A stretch of DNA of 64,000 bases, taken from contig DXJO01000010.1 in assembly GCA_019057475.1 (NCBI GenBank), positions 224,001-288,000 of the forward strand, in the 5' to 3' direction. Positions 10,641-21,400 of the stretch are shown piece by piece. The number at the start of each line of letters is the position of its first letter. The stretch's first letter is position 1. The position numbers were made by a program, and so were the translations under genes. A model generated the notes under the pieces. The model had not been told where the DNA came from. It searched no databases and worked only from the letters and a program-made list of their open reading frames with translations. This DNA comes from Candidatus Thorarchaeota archaeon (lineage in GTDB: Archaea; Asgardarchaeota; Thorarchaeia; Thorarchaeales; Thorarchaeaceae).

Positions 10641-12355
10641 GTCCATCAGACTTGCTTCTCCTTCTACGCGAGGACCTCACTCGGTCCTTCAGGCTAAGGA
10701 ATGCAAAGGGCAAGAGAACTGAGAAAAGGGGGCTTCTCAAACGGGTCTCCAATTTTGCGATACCCGTTATCGTTAGCGGGGCACTCCTGTGGGGGGTACT
10801 CGCAATTGCGCCGATGTTCTGGGATTTGATTGAGTCCTATATCTCGGAGAATCTCGGAATGGGGGCTGCCATATTCAATGCAGTCTTGCTCATCTCATTT
10901 ATTGGCTCAATAATGATTTCTGCTACAACTGTGGGAAACAGTTCCAAGATGGAATACCTCCTTATAACCCCCATTAAGATGCGGACGATATTCCTGGAGA
11001 AGACGATTATCATCATCTTCTACAACTCACTCATCTGGATGATGATTGGTGTTCCGTTATTCCTTGGGCTGAGCATAGTGTCACCCTTTGCATTTGCGCT
11101 TCTCTCGGTGCCAGCATTCATCGTAACGCTCTTGATTCTAATCACGATTGGCGTATCTGCTGGGGGGTTAGTTGGACTAGGGGTTGCCCGGGCAGTGGCT
11201 GGAAGACGCGCACTCAAGCAGATTGGCACTGCGATCATGAGTGCGGTGGCAATAATAGGGACAACATTGTGGTACGTCAGTTTCTACACAAACAGCTGGA
11301 ATGATGGGCCCAACCCTTTTGATGCGTTGTTTGATCTTGCAGATTCACTGGGCTTCACATCAATCTTAACGCCTGGCTATACCGTTAGTTCTGTTTCATT
11401 AGGTCTGCTGATTGGTGCTCCATGGAGATGGCAGGATCTTCTCTCAGTCAGCTTGTTCCTTGTATTGGGCGTAGGTATGGTGCTCCTCAACTCTTACGTG
11501 AGCGAAATGGCTCATTACAGTGGTTGGTTGGCGAGTGACGCTACAAGAACATCAAAGGAAGCGATACGCAAGGAACATGGAACTTGGAATCCTCGATCCT
11601 TCCCAGGTCTGAAGCTTAGCAACATAGTGACTGCATCAATGTGGTTCACCATCACCTCGGTGCGTAGAGATGCACGAGTGATTACCAACTACCTACTGGG
11701 ACCTATTCGCTTTGCGATCTGGCTGATTCTCCCGGGTCTTGCTTTCGGAGCGGAGCTCGGCGGTATCACCTCCTACTTCATCTTGGCAGCCCTGATACCT
11801 TTCGCAACCTCATACGGGCTTTACTTCGCAGGCTACGAGCTTGTCTATGAAGGCAAAAACATAATGAACCTGCAGCTCGCAGCGACCAATCTGGAGGAGT
11901 ATGTGCGGGGGAAAGTGTACAGTGCTGTGCCATTCGCAATCATAGCAAGCATCATTGTTTCACTAATTGTCCTCTTCATATCGCCACTGATGTGGGTATA
12001 CCTTCCAGCTGTACTCGTTGCTTGCGCCTTCCTGTGCATGGCCTCAGGCGGCATTGCTGCCAATGAAGCTGCAAAAGGCGGCGACTTCAAAGCGGACCGC
12101 AGCATTACTCGTCAAAGAGGAGCTTCCGTCCGAACTCCTTTGCGTGGATGGTCTTCCATTAGAGCATCACTAGTACCCTACGCAATTGGTTATGCCGGTG
12201 TATTCGGGATGATCCTTGCTGGCGTTTTCTTTGGGGTTCTGTACACTTACGCCATTCTCCCCGTGTTTGTCCTCTTCTGCTGGCGATTAACAACGCATTA
12301 CACTCGTAAAGCAGGCCTAAAGCTGGCTCAGATTGACGCCACTAAGTATCTCTAG
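10637..12355 (+). CDS. ABC exporter permease (multi-TM)
   Basis: About 12-14 hydrophobic segments; 4-nt overlap with the ATPase gene. Confidence 0.85.
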   Translation: MSPSDLLLLLREDLTRSFRLRNAKGKRTEKRGLLKRVSNFAIPVIVSGALLWGVLAIAPMFWDLIESYISENLGMGAAIFNAVLLISFIGSIMISATTVGNSSKMEYLLITPIKMRTIFLEKTIIIIFYNSLIWMMIGVPLFLGLSIVSPFAFALLSVPAFIVTLLILITIGVSAGGLVGLGVARAVAGRRALKQIGTAIMSAVAIIGTTLWYVSFYTNSWNDGPNPFDALFDLADSLGFTSILTPGYTVSSVSLGLLIGAPWRWQDLLSVSLFLVLGVGMVLLNSYVSEMAHYSGWLASDATRTSKEAIRKEHGTWNPRSFPGLKLSNIVTASMWFTITSVRRDARVITNYLLGPIRFAIWLILPGLAFGAELGGITSYFILAALIPFATSYGLYFAGYELVYEGKNIMNLQLAATNLEEYVRGKVYSAVPFAIIASIIVSLIVLFISPLMWVYLPAVLVACAFLCMASGGIAANEAAKGGDFKADRSITRQRGASVRTPLRGWSSIRASLVPYAIGYAGVFGMILAGVFFGVLYTYAILPVFVLFCWRLTTHYTRKAGLKLAQIDATKYL

Positions 12356-12374
12356 ATCAGGCGGGCTGGCCTTT

Positions 12375-13106
12375 CTATAGTTCCAACGTTTTAATTATCT
12401 TAGCTGGTGGAACTGTGATGTCTGTGTCGAAGTGGAGTCCAATCATTGGGTTTACCATTTCAACTAGAGTAAGGTCATCGTAACCTCCCTTGAACAACTC
12501 AACCTCAACGTCACCTGAACGGCCGTTCTTCACATCGTAAACGACATGTGCAGCTGTTAGGGCAGCGAAATCAAATCCGTCTGCATCCGCTGATGGGATT
12601 AGCTTGAGGTTGATGTTTGGACCGCTATCAATCCAATCTCCCTCATCGTCGAATGTGCAGGTGGCCCTCATGAGGACCTCTCCTCCACGCTCAGTGGTGG
12701 CAACCAAGGTATCATCCTTCCACTTCATGGATATCTTGGCATACTTGCGGGGGTATCCCCACACCTCTCTGCCTACGGCAATGGCAACATCAGTATTAGC
12801 AAAGGCATTGGAAAAGTAGAGTCCGACATCTTCCTCTCCCGTGTCGGGGTTCTCATAGATGCACTGGATGAGCAGAGCCGATTCCATGAAGGGACCCGTT
12901 TCCTTGCAGGGTTGATACGCGTGAAGCATTGCAGTGAGTCCCATATCTGTCGGTCGCAGAGGTTCGGGAAGCAGTTTCTGCAATGATTCCTCAGTTGCAT
13001 TGAACAGTGCCAGGAACAGTTTTGCATCAATATAATGCAGCGGGGGTTTCGGATAGAATGGACTCGTAAAGGGTGTGCTGAATTCGTCTCCCATTGAATA
13101 CACCAA
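12375..13106 (-). CDS. acetoacetate decarboxylase family protein
   Basis: LLPEPLRP, GREVWGYPRK (Schiff-base Lys motif), INLKLIPS. Confidence 0.88.
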   Translation of the reverse strand: MVYSMGDEFSTPFTSPFYPKPPLHYIDAKLFLALFNATEESLQKLLPEPLRPTDMGLTAMLHAYQPCKETGPFMESALLIQCIYENPDTGEEDVGLYFSNAFANTDVAIAVGREVWGYPRKYAKISMKWKDDTLVATTERGGEVLMRATCTFDDEGDWIDSGPNINLKLIPSADADGFDFAALTAAHVVYDVKNGRSGDVEVELFKGGYDDLTLVEMVNPMIGLHFDTDITVPPAKIIKTLEL

Positions 13107-13175
13107 TCACTCATGATGAAGGGCAGGTATTGAATCTACCGAGATGAGTCGTAGGATAGGTTGACCTAACACGAG

Positions 13176-14051
13176 TCAAAGATTCAGTTTCTTGAATATG
13201 AATGGCCAGATGAATGTCCCAAACAGGAGCACGAATCCATACCTCACGGTTCTAAGCCAGATGTCTTCAGATGGCAGAAATGATCTGAGACCGAGCATAG
13301 CGCCAAGCATAAGGACCAGACCAACGATAACTCTCACAACTAGTCGCCATTTCTGTCCGTCATGCGGCTCGACGCTGAAATCAACGAACTTCTTCTCAAG
13401 CAGAATGCCCAAAGTCAGACCCATTGTGAGCCCACCGGTCAATCCGAAGTTATCATCGGGCGGCTGAGGGAGGAGGTATGCGCAGATAACCAATCCCACA
13501 AACCCAACTAGGAACAGTACGATGTAAGGCGCCTCTTCTCTGTATTTCGATAGGAACTGCTCTACAGACGGCCATGCGTAGATATACGCGAGCAAGATGA
13601 CAATGCCCACTCCCCATCCAAGGATAATGTCCTCCAAGTAGTGAACACCTAGATAGACTCTCGAAACACCAATCAGAATTGAAAGAAGCGCAGCCGCCAG
13701 CATCAGCCACCACCTTCTAGCCTTGGCTGCAATCCCTCCATAGAACGCCGTTGAGTTCTGGGCATGTCCGCTTGGTGTGCTGTAGTTAGGTGCATCGACT
13801 TCAGGCAACCTGTAGCTCAGAGGCGGCCTTGGATTGGCAATTGCTACCTTAAGCCAGTAGTTGGTCAGAACGCTTGCCACGAGCAAAAACCCAACTTGCA
13901 TTGATTCCTTCTTCTTGTATGCCCAGTACCCTGTAAAAATGAGAACCACAAAGGCTGTTTCAGCACCAATGTCGGTGATTATCCTGAAGAACGATTCTGC
14001 CCAGGGCAGGGCGTCGCGAAGCACGTTAGTTATCTCTGGGTCAAAGAACAT
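13176..14051 (-). CDS. PAP2 family membrane phosphatase
   Basis: KxxxxxxRP, PSGH, SRVYLGVHY motifs. Confidence 0.93.
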   Translation of the reverse strand: MFFDPEITNVLRDALPWAESFFRIITDIGAETAFVVLIFTGYWAYKKKESMQVGFLLVASVLTNYWLKVAIANPRPPLSYRLPEVDAPNYSTPSGHAQNSTAFYGGIAAKARRWWLMLAAALLSILIGVSRVYLGVHYLEDIILGWGVGIVILLAYIYAWPSVEQFLSKYREEAPYIVLFLVGFVGLVICAYLLPQPPDDNFGLTGGLTMGLTLGILLEKKFVDFSVEPHDGQKWRLVVRVIVGLVLMLGAMLGLRSFLPSEDIWLRTVRYGFVLLFGTFIWPFIFKKLNL

Positions 14052-14124
14052 CCACAGACATCTCCTCTGATACGAAACCGTTGAAATTGCACTAGGTTTC
14101 CGTGTGTGAAAAACCTGCTTATTC

Positions 14125-15945
14125 TTAGGATAAGCCGCTCAATCCAAGAGCCGCAATCTTGCTCTTACTTGGCTTTCCGGTCTTCCGGCTCCATTTCCTA
14201 TACTTGTACCATGTATCAAGCTGGGCCTCAACATCAGGGACATGCCTTTCTGTCGGGCCATCAAGTGGCTTTAGCAGCAATTCGGGCAGCCCCTCGTTCC
14301 TAGAGTCATAGCCAAGCTTTAGGTTCATCAGCCGCTGTAGAGTGAATATTCTCTCTCCTGCCTTGACAAGCTCTTCCAAGGTGAAGTCCCATCCAGTCAC
14401 CAGCCTCATCATCTCTGCGAGCTCGTCTGCCTTGATTGGGTAAAAGTGGCAAGTTAAGGCAGAGTTCGTGACGCATCTGAAGTCCTGAACCTTTGCGGCC
14501 AAGACAGCTTCGTTATCAAACCTATCCACACTCTCGACGCCGAGTCCTTCGTCGGTCACACCCATCTGGTAGTTGTACATGTCACAGCTCATGTGGCATG
14601 CTCCTCTAGGTGACGTGGCATAAGCTATAGCCATGCCTGAGAACCCGCGGGGATCATGCATCGGAGTTTCAAGCCCGTTCACCTGTACTGCAAGTTCTCC
14701 TACGCCGAATTTCTCTGCGAATGCAAGACTCCCTTCAGCCATCAAGTCTCCAATCCCCTCCCGGTGCGCAATCTTCTCAATGAGCTTGACGGCTGAGTCA
14801 ACTTCTCCCCATTTTGGGTTGATTTCATCCAGGTCCTTTTTGGTTATCTTCCCTTCCGAAATCAAATAGTACGCCAGTGCGATTGTGTTCCCGCCAGATA
14901 TCGTGTCGATTCCAAAGAGGTCAAGTTGCTTGTTCGCAAATGACAGTGCTTCGGCATCATTGTTCAGAATCAAAGTGCCCATTGTCCCGGTGACTTCCAG
15001 TTCAGGCCCTGCAAATCGACCAGTGGCATACTTACCCTTGTCTATCTGTATCACTCGACCACAACCGATTGGACACCTGAAGCAGGCGGTCTTCCCAACG
15101 AGGATCGTTTCCTTGACTGTGGTGCCGCTTAAGTTGTACGAGTCAAAGTCTGAAACTCCATAGTAACCCGCAGGCAGTGATCCGTACATCATGCTGGCCA
15201 TGTCGACATAGCCTGCTGTTCCTAGTTCTGAGTACATCCTGAATGTGGCATCGTCTGTCTTGTCCGCAGTGAGTTCAGCAGATCTCTTCCTGATTTTCTC
15301 AGGCTCAGCCACTGGGACTTTCCTGTCCGAACCATGAACGACAAGTGCCTTCAGGTTCTTCGAGCCCATCACCGCTCCCATACCTGTACGGCCAGCTGCA
15401 CGGAAATGATCAATCAAGATGGACGCATACTTGACCAAGTTCTCTCCAGCTAATCCAATCCGAGCGACACCTGCCTTCTTGAGGCCGGGCTCTTTCTTGA
15501 GTATCTCCCACGTCTGCTCTGTGTCCTTGCCCCAGAGCTGTGATGCATCTCGGATCTCTACCTTGGCGTCCTTGACCAGTAGATAGACTGGCTTCTCGGC
15601 TTTCCCCACGAACATTATTCCATCGTAGCCCGCGAACTTGATGTCTGCACCTAGGTGTCCTCCGAAGGTGCTGTATCCCCACCGCCCTGTCTGAGGGGAC
15701 TTTGCACACACGGTGGCTTTGCTTCCTGTAGGAACCGTTGTGCCACAGAATGGGCCAGTCAGGAACAGCAGTGGGTTTTCAGGTCCCAAGGGATCTGTAC
15801 TTGCATCTATCAAGTCAAAGAGTAATCTGCAACCTAATCCCATGCCGCCTATGTATTCTCGTGCCATCTCCAAGTCTAGCTTCAACTCTGAAGTTGCACC
15901 TGTACTTAGATCTACTTTGAGGATTTTCCCTCGGTACCCGAACAT
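14125..15945 (-). CDS. aor: aldehyde:ferredoxin oxidoreductase (W/Mo-pterin)
   Basis: MFGYRGKILKVDLS, KSPQTG, GRTGMGAVMGSKNLKA, CFRCPIGC, DTISGG, HDPR; start ATG 15945. Confidence 0.95.
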   Translation of the reverse strand: MFGYRGKILKVDLSTGATSELKLDLEMAREYIGGMGLGCRLLFDLIDASTDPLGPENPLLFLTGPFCGTTVPTGSKATVCAKSPQTGRWGYSTFGGHLGADIKFAGYDGIMFVGKAEKPVYLLVKDAKVEIRDASQLWGKDTEQTWEILKKEPGLKKAGVARIGLAGENLVKYASILIDHFRAAGRTGMGAVMGSKNLKALVVHGSDRKVPVAEPEKIRKRSAELTADKTDDATFRMYSELGTAGYVDMASMMYGSLPAGYYGVSDFDSYNLSGTTVKETILVGKTACFRCPIGCGRVIQIDKGKYATGRFAGPELEVTGTMGTLILNNDAEALSFANKQLDLFGIDTISGGNTIALAYYLISEGKITKKDLDEINPKWGEVDSAVKLIEKIAHREGIGDLMAEGSLAFAEKFGVGELAVQVNGLETPMHDPRGFSGMAIAYATSPRGACHMSCDMYNYQMGVTDEGLGVESVDRFDNEAVLAAKVQDFRCVTNSALTCHFYPIKADELAEMMRLVTGWDFTLEELVKAGERIFTLQRLMNLKLGYDSRNEGLPELLLKPLDGPTERHVPDVEAQLDTWYKYRKWSRKTGKPSKSKIAALGLSGLS

Positions 15946-15956
15946 TATTCCCTCTC

Positions 15957-17141
15957 CTAGAAGTCGATAGGCTTGCCTGTCCACATGTAGTTGTAGATCT
16001 TTTCAATCGTGTCGCTACCCACGTCGCGGGGGTTCATGGTTATGCTGGAGTCCATCATCGTGAACTTGACTAGTTTCTCCATTCCATCCTTTAGCTGCTT
16101 CTTCTTGATACCGGCCTTCTTGAAGCTCTGAGGAGCTCCAATCTCAGCCATCAAATCCCGTATCTTCTGTGCAAAAGCTATTGAAGCCTTCACATGATTC
16201 TTAATTCTGATGCCAACAAGCGCCGCCAATTCGAAGTAATACATCGCTGCTTCAGGACTGGCAGTGCAATTGTATTCGATCGTGTACGGCAAAGCCATGC
16301 CTACAGCCATTCCGTGTTGCATCCGATGAACAGAGCCCATGCAGTGCCCAAGAGAGTGGGCGAGTGCGACCTGAGAGTTGCTGAATGCCATACCCCCTAG
16401 ATTGGCTGCAATGAGCATCTTCTCTCGAGCTTCCAAGTCTTCAAGGTTTCCGACAGACTTCGGCAGCCATTCAAAGACCAACTTGACTGCCTTCATGCTG
16501 CAGGCATCTGAGAAGTCGTTCTTCCAGAATGACACATACGCCTCAACCGCATGGGTTAGCGCGTCCATTCCTGTGTATGCTGTCAGTGCTTTTGGGAGTC
16601 CTTTGACAAACTCAGGCTCTAAGATAGCAATATCGGGCACCAGTTCTCTGTTGTTAGTTGCGAACTTCCGACCAGTTTCGTCCTCTCTGATGACAACCGC
16701 TCCCGTTGCGTCTGAGCCTGTACCCGCAGTGGTTGGGATGCAAATCAGTCTGGCCTTGTTCCGAAGCCCGATTGGCTGGAGTGGTGTAACTGCTTCCAAC
16801 TCTGTTTCAGGTTGCTCGTAGAGGATCCATGCCGCTTTGGCAGTGTCCATAACACTTCCTCCGCCAATTGCAATAATCCAATCTGGCCCGAACTCGCACA
16901 TGGCCGATGCTGCCGCCTTAGCCACTGAAACTCTCGGGTCTGGTTCTGCACCATCCCAGATTGCCGATTCCCAACGCTTGGTCGCGAGGATTTTGCAGAT
17001 TCTCTCAGGATACCCCAGTTTATTCACAACTGGGTCTGTGATAATCAATGCCTTTTGACCTTCAAGCAGGTCGAGCTCATTTACTGCTTCTTCACCAAAG
17101 ATAACCTTGGGGGTACTGAACCACCAGACCAATGAATACAT
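15957..17141 (-). CDS. iron-containing alcohol dehydrogenase
   Basis: GGGSVMDTAK, PTTAGTGS, DALTHAVEAY, HSLGH, HG. Confidence 0.95.
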   Translation of the reverse strand: MYSLVWWFSTPKVIFGEEAVNELDLLEGQKALIITDPVVNKLGYPERICKILATKRWESAIWDGAEPDPRVSVAKAAASAMCEFGPDWIIAIGGGSVMDTAKAAWILYEQPETELEAVTPLQPIGLRNKARLICIPTTAGTGSDATGAVVIREDETGRKFATNNRELVPDIAILEPEFVKGLPKALTAYTGMDALTHAVEAYVSFWKNDFSDACSMKAVKLVFEWLPKSVGNLEDLEAREKMLIAANLGGMAFSNSQVALAHSLGHCMGSVHRMQHGMAVGMALPYTIEYNCTASPEAAMYYFELAALVGIRIKNHVKASIAFAQKIRDLMAEIGAPQSFKKAGIKKKQLKDGMEKLVKFTMMDSSITMNPRDVGSDTIEKIYNYMWTGKPIDF

Positions 17142-17225
17142 CTCCTATATCTTATGCAGCCTAACAGACTGCATTGCGACGTCTACGTGTGAGGTGTCGC
17201 TGAACTCCCCTTTAAGGCCGTCGAA

Positions 17226-18323
17226 TCACTTTCCTAACACTTTGCCGGGAACAGTTTCAAGCAACATCTTTGCTTCAGTCATAATGTCGTTGATGAGGTC
17301 TGCTGTTGTTGGCAGGTCGTGTATCCGCCCCACGACCTCGCCGCCAAACATCAATGCGGTGTCCTCTTTGCCATCCATTAGGTCAGTGAATCCCGAGCGC
17401 TCAAGATCGAGAATCGCTTCATTGGATTCCACAGGCTCTCCCAGATAGAACCGAGGCACATCCTCCAGAGTACGCTCTACGATCTCTTCCGCTCTTTTGT
17501 TCCTGATGAACCGCATTGGGCCAAACAGCCCACGCCCTGCAAGTGTCTGTCGCTCCTCTTTATTCACAACTGCTTGTTTCCACATAGGTTCAAAGTCACT
17601 CTCCTGAGTCGCTATGAACCGGGTTCCCATCTGAATGCCCGCTGCACCCATCATCAATGCCGCAGCTAATGACCGACCGTCGCAGAACCCTCCCGCTCCG
17701 ACGACTGGAGTTTTGACTGCCTTTGCGACAGCAGGAACAAGCACCATGGAGTGCACAGGATCCCACGATATGTGTGCACCTCCCTCGTGTCCCGATGCGA
17801 TGATGACATCCACTCCAGCCTTCTCTGCCTTCTTGGCATGATATACTGAAGGCACAACATGGAACCACAACAACCCATGCTTCTTGATTTCCGTCCATGG
17901 AGTTGGATTTCCCGCTGATGTGACAATCACTCGAAGCCGGCGTTCAATGTCAGAATCTGACTGTATAGACTCTACTGTCTGTCGTACAAACATTTCTGAA
18001 GCAAGAAGAAACTCCGCAGCGATAGGTACATTTACTCCGAAGACACCACCTGAGCTTTTTGTTCCGTTTGCGACCGCCTTTATCGACTTCTCGAGAATCA
18101 CCATCGGAGGGTCTGAATCTGAACCAAAGAGTCGCTTGGCGTCAATGGGCGCCGCTTCTGGGAGAAGGGTTGCAGCCATCCCGATGCTGCTAATCATTCC
18201 GAGAGCGCCAGCATTCGCGACAGCAATTGCCAAGCTCTCTGTCTTGTAAGGCCCCATTCCACCTTGAAGTATCGGATACTTAATGCCAAGGATGTCACAG
18301 AGCTCAGTGTTTACGCGGGACAT
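17226..18323 (-). CDS. nitronate monooxygenase / FabK-like enoyl reductase (FMN)
   Basis: YPILQGGMG, GHEGGAH, GAGGFCDG, GIQMGTRF; start probably ATG 18323. Confidence 0.9.
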   Translation of the reverse strand: MSRVNTELCDILGIKYPILQGGMGPYKTESLAIAVANAGALGMISSIGMAATLLPEAAPIDAKRLFGSDSDPPMVILEKSIKAVANGTKSSGGVFGVNVPIAAEFLLASEMFVRQTVESIQSDSDIERRLRVIVTSAGNPTPWTEIKKHGLLWFHVVPSVYHAKKAEKAGVDVIIASGHEGGAHISWDPVHSMVLVPAVAKAVKTPVVGAGGFCDGRSLAAALMMGAAGIQMGTRFIATQESDFEPMWKQAVVNKEERQTLAGRGLFGPMRFIRNKRAEEIVERTLEDVPRFYLGEPVESNEAILDLERSGFTDLMDGKEDTALMFGGEVVGRIHDLPTTADLINDIMTEAKMLLETVPGKVLGK

Positions 18324-18463
18324 GTTTCCAAAGGATAGCAGGCCTAAATTTAAGCATGTCATTCGGCATGGTGCCTTCGTCACAGCCATGCAAGACTACC
18401 GATCTTACCGTCACGAACCAATCTCATGTTCATAGTACGAGGAGTTCATTTTTCTACCGAGCA

Positions 18464-21400
18464 CTAGAGCTCTTCATCCACTGGTGGCAGAAGGGCTTCG
18501 AGTGCAGACTTGGAGAGTTTCCCGAGTTCTTCCACTCCAACCGCTTCCTTGATTTCTGGAGGTAGGAGATTGATTAGGTCCCTCTTCGTTAACCGCTTCT
18601 TGAGCCTAGTTTTCGACTCTTCAGTTTCGGGTTCGACGTCGGGCTCTGACTCGAGAATCGCTTCTTCCACTGGTTCGATTTTAAGCGTATCAAGGCTCAC
18701 CTCATCAATCACCGGCACAATCTCAGCGCCTTCGTCAGCAATCTTGGAGAGCGATTTCTCCCTGGTATGCCTACCACGCATGATTGTCGATACTCTTGAA
18801 ACCCCCTTCGCCATCCTTGAAGATACGAAGGGAACGATTACTAGGAACACCACAGGCATTAGCACGATGACACCCAGAGAGTAGCTTCTCAGGAAGTCCA
18901 TGGTGAGTACCGTAGTTCCAGTGAGAACTACAAGGAACATGAAGAACTTCATACGTATAGATGAACTCATCTTCTCCACAAGGTCAACGCACTCTTGTTC
19001 CACAACAACTGGTGGTGTCCCCAATACAGCCATCTCTTGGATTCGCATGAGTCCCTTGCCAATCTCCCTGTAGAGGTTCAATACGACTACAACTATTGAC
19101 GAGATATATGCGGCGAATATTGTGAGCATTATGGTAGGAATGGCAACTTCGCCAAAGTGAAAGACATTCTGCAGCACGTAGAATTCCAGCCACTCGATGT
19201 GCTTACCCCACTCGAATATCTGTACGATTACAATGGGAACGAATATCAGATGCCAGAGTCCAAGAATCATCCGTTTCTTGCCAATTTTCTGTGTGCTTCG
19301 GATTGTTGAGCTTGCGTCTCTGTATAGCCAGATGCCGTACAATATGAGTGAAATACCAAGAAGCAAGATGCTTTCTGCCACTGCAAGGCCATAATCCCCG
19401 GCTCCTGCAGATAAGTAGGAATGAAGAACTGTCAATCCGGCCATGCCCACGACACCAAGATAGAGGTAGTCCAATTTTCGGATTCCCTGTATCAGTATCT
19501 CCTGGGTTCCTCTAGTGATCGACAATCCGGATGAGATTCTGAAGTAGACAAGCATTCCAAGGAAGCTGACTAGGAACGAGATTGCAGCAAGGTAGCCAAA
19601 TGATTCGGCATCTAGTGATAACTGTGGAACTGCCACAACTATATTGACCGCTGCCTCGTCTTGGTTGGCGATGCATGTTGCTCCGTGAGCTTCAACTACA
19701 ATGTCCTCCACACCAAAGCCCTGGTCTGCCACTAAGAAATTCACGGAGTACTTTCCGCTATTGGGTATTTCCACAGCATCCTTTGTTTGATTCTGGAATG
19801 TGATGGTAATGGCAAGATTCAACATTAGGTTCCCGTATTTGTCTGTGGCTTCAACTGTGATGTTGAGTTGCTCTCCTTGTTGAGGCTCTTGGGGCCAAAA
19901 TTCTATGCGGAAATTCAACTCGGCCAGGATCTTCACTGTTCCTCTAACTGTCGTATCCTGTGCGAAGTACGTATGACTCACCATCAGAGTCCAATTGTAT
20001 GTTCTTGCGGCCCAGCCTGCAGTTGGTACATTGTATGAATAGGTTCCGTTATGTAGGTCGTTCAGCATGAATAATGATTCATGAATGAGAACTGACACAG
20101 AACTATCATTCATGGCATTGCCAAGCATGTCCTTTAGTTCTACAACAAAGAGTACAGAATCATTTCCCTGTACGTGCAACTGACCTTCCGTTGGTGACAT
20201 CATTGTAATCATAACGTCACTCTTCACTGGAATCACAGTAGTCAGGGTTTTTTGGGCTATGTGTGGCCCTGAAACGGTTACATTGAGAGTATACGAATCC
20301 GGTGGCAACAGCGGAAGGAATGTCCAAGTCTGGTTGTAGAAGGTGGAGCTGCCCGATGTGTTATATTGGTTCCCAAAGCTGATGACATAGTCAAAGTCAT
20401 TCACTGGGTTGCCGTACTGGTCGGTGACAATGATCTCAAATGTCACATTCTGGTTGTTCAGAACCGTTGAGGGCTTAGTAGTCACTGCAATATATGCATT
20501 CCCTGTTATCGAGAAGCTTACAGCTAGCTGCTGGGTGTTCATGAAGCTCTGAGAAACAGTGATCTGTGCGAGATACTCTCCTGGCGGAAAGCTAATAGTG
20601 GCAACTGTGACCGTATAGATGCCTGGTGATGCTTCGACAAGCGCAATAGTGCTACCATATAGAACCAAATCGACATCAGCTTCTGTGATGTTGCTGAAGA
20701 TTTCATCCTGCACATGAACAACGAATTGGATTGGGTTTCCCTGCGCAAAGGACGCCTCGTCCGTTGGCGCAAGTATACGGGCTGATACAACTCCTTGGAC
20801 ATCGATACTGAAGTCGAATGTTGAGAATTGTAGATGTGTTCCGTTCAAGGTCATACCCAACCAGTACGCTCCAGGTGTGAAGCTCGGGTCTACCGTCCAA
20901 GAGAGTCTGTAGGAATTGGATGTCCCCGATTTATTGTAGACTCCGGCGAAATCAAGAGTGTAGTTGAAGTTTGATATTGGGTTTCCGTAGCGGTCAGTGA
21001 TGGTAAAGTTGAAGGTGACATTCAGCTTGTTCTGGACTGGGAATGGTATTGATGTCAATGCGACATCCGCCTCTCCAACTACGGCCAAGCCATGTGCAGT
21101 CTGCCCCTCGTGCAGGTAGGTATGTCCTGCAGTAACTAGAACTGTGTGTTCTCCTAGAGCATAGCCCACGGTGTCAAAGGTCACCGAATAGGTTCCGTCG
21201 CCATTGTCTTGGAAGGCAAGACTGCTAGGACTGATTGCTATCACCGTAGCACCTATCACAGGACTGCCTATCCAGTCACTCAGACTGACGGTGAGTACCG
21301 TAGAATCCGTCTGATTGACGACCCACCCTAGCGACGAGTCAATTGTCATATATGCATCTGAGTACACATAGACATCATAGATGTCAGACCTTGCATTCCC

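Noticed and set aside
18820-19600. 7-TM region as a rhodopsin or bona fide GPCR
   Set aside because: No retinal-binding Lys in the last helix and no GPS, DRY or NPxxY motifs; kept only as an architectural analogy
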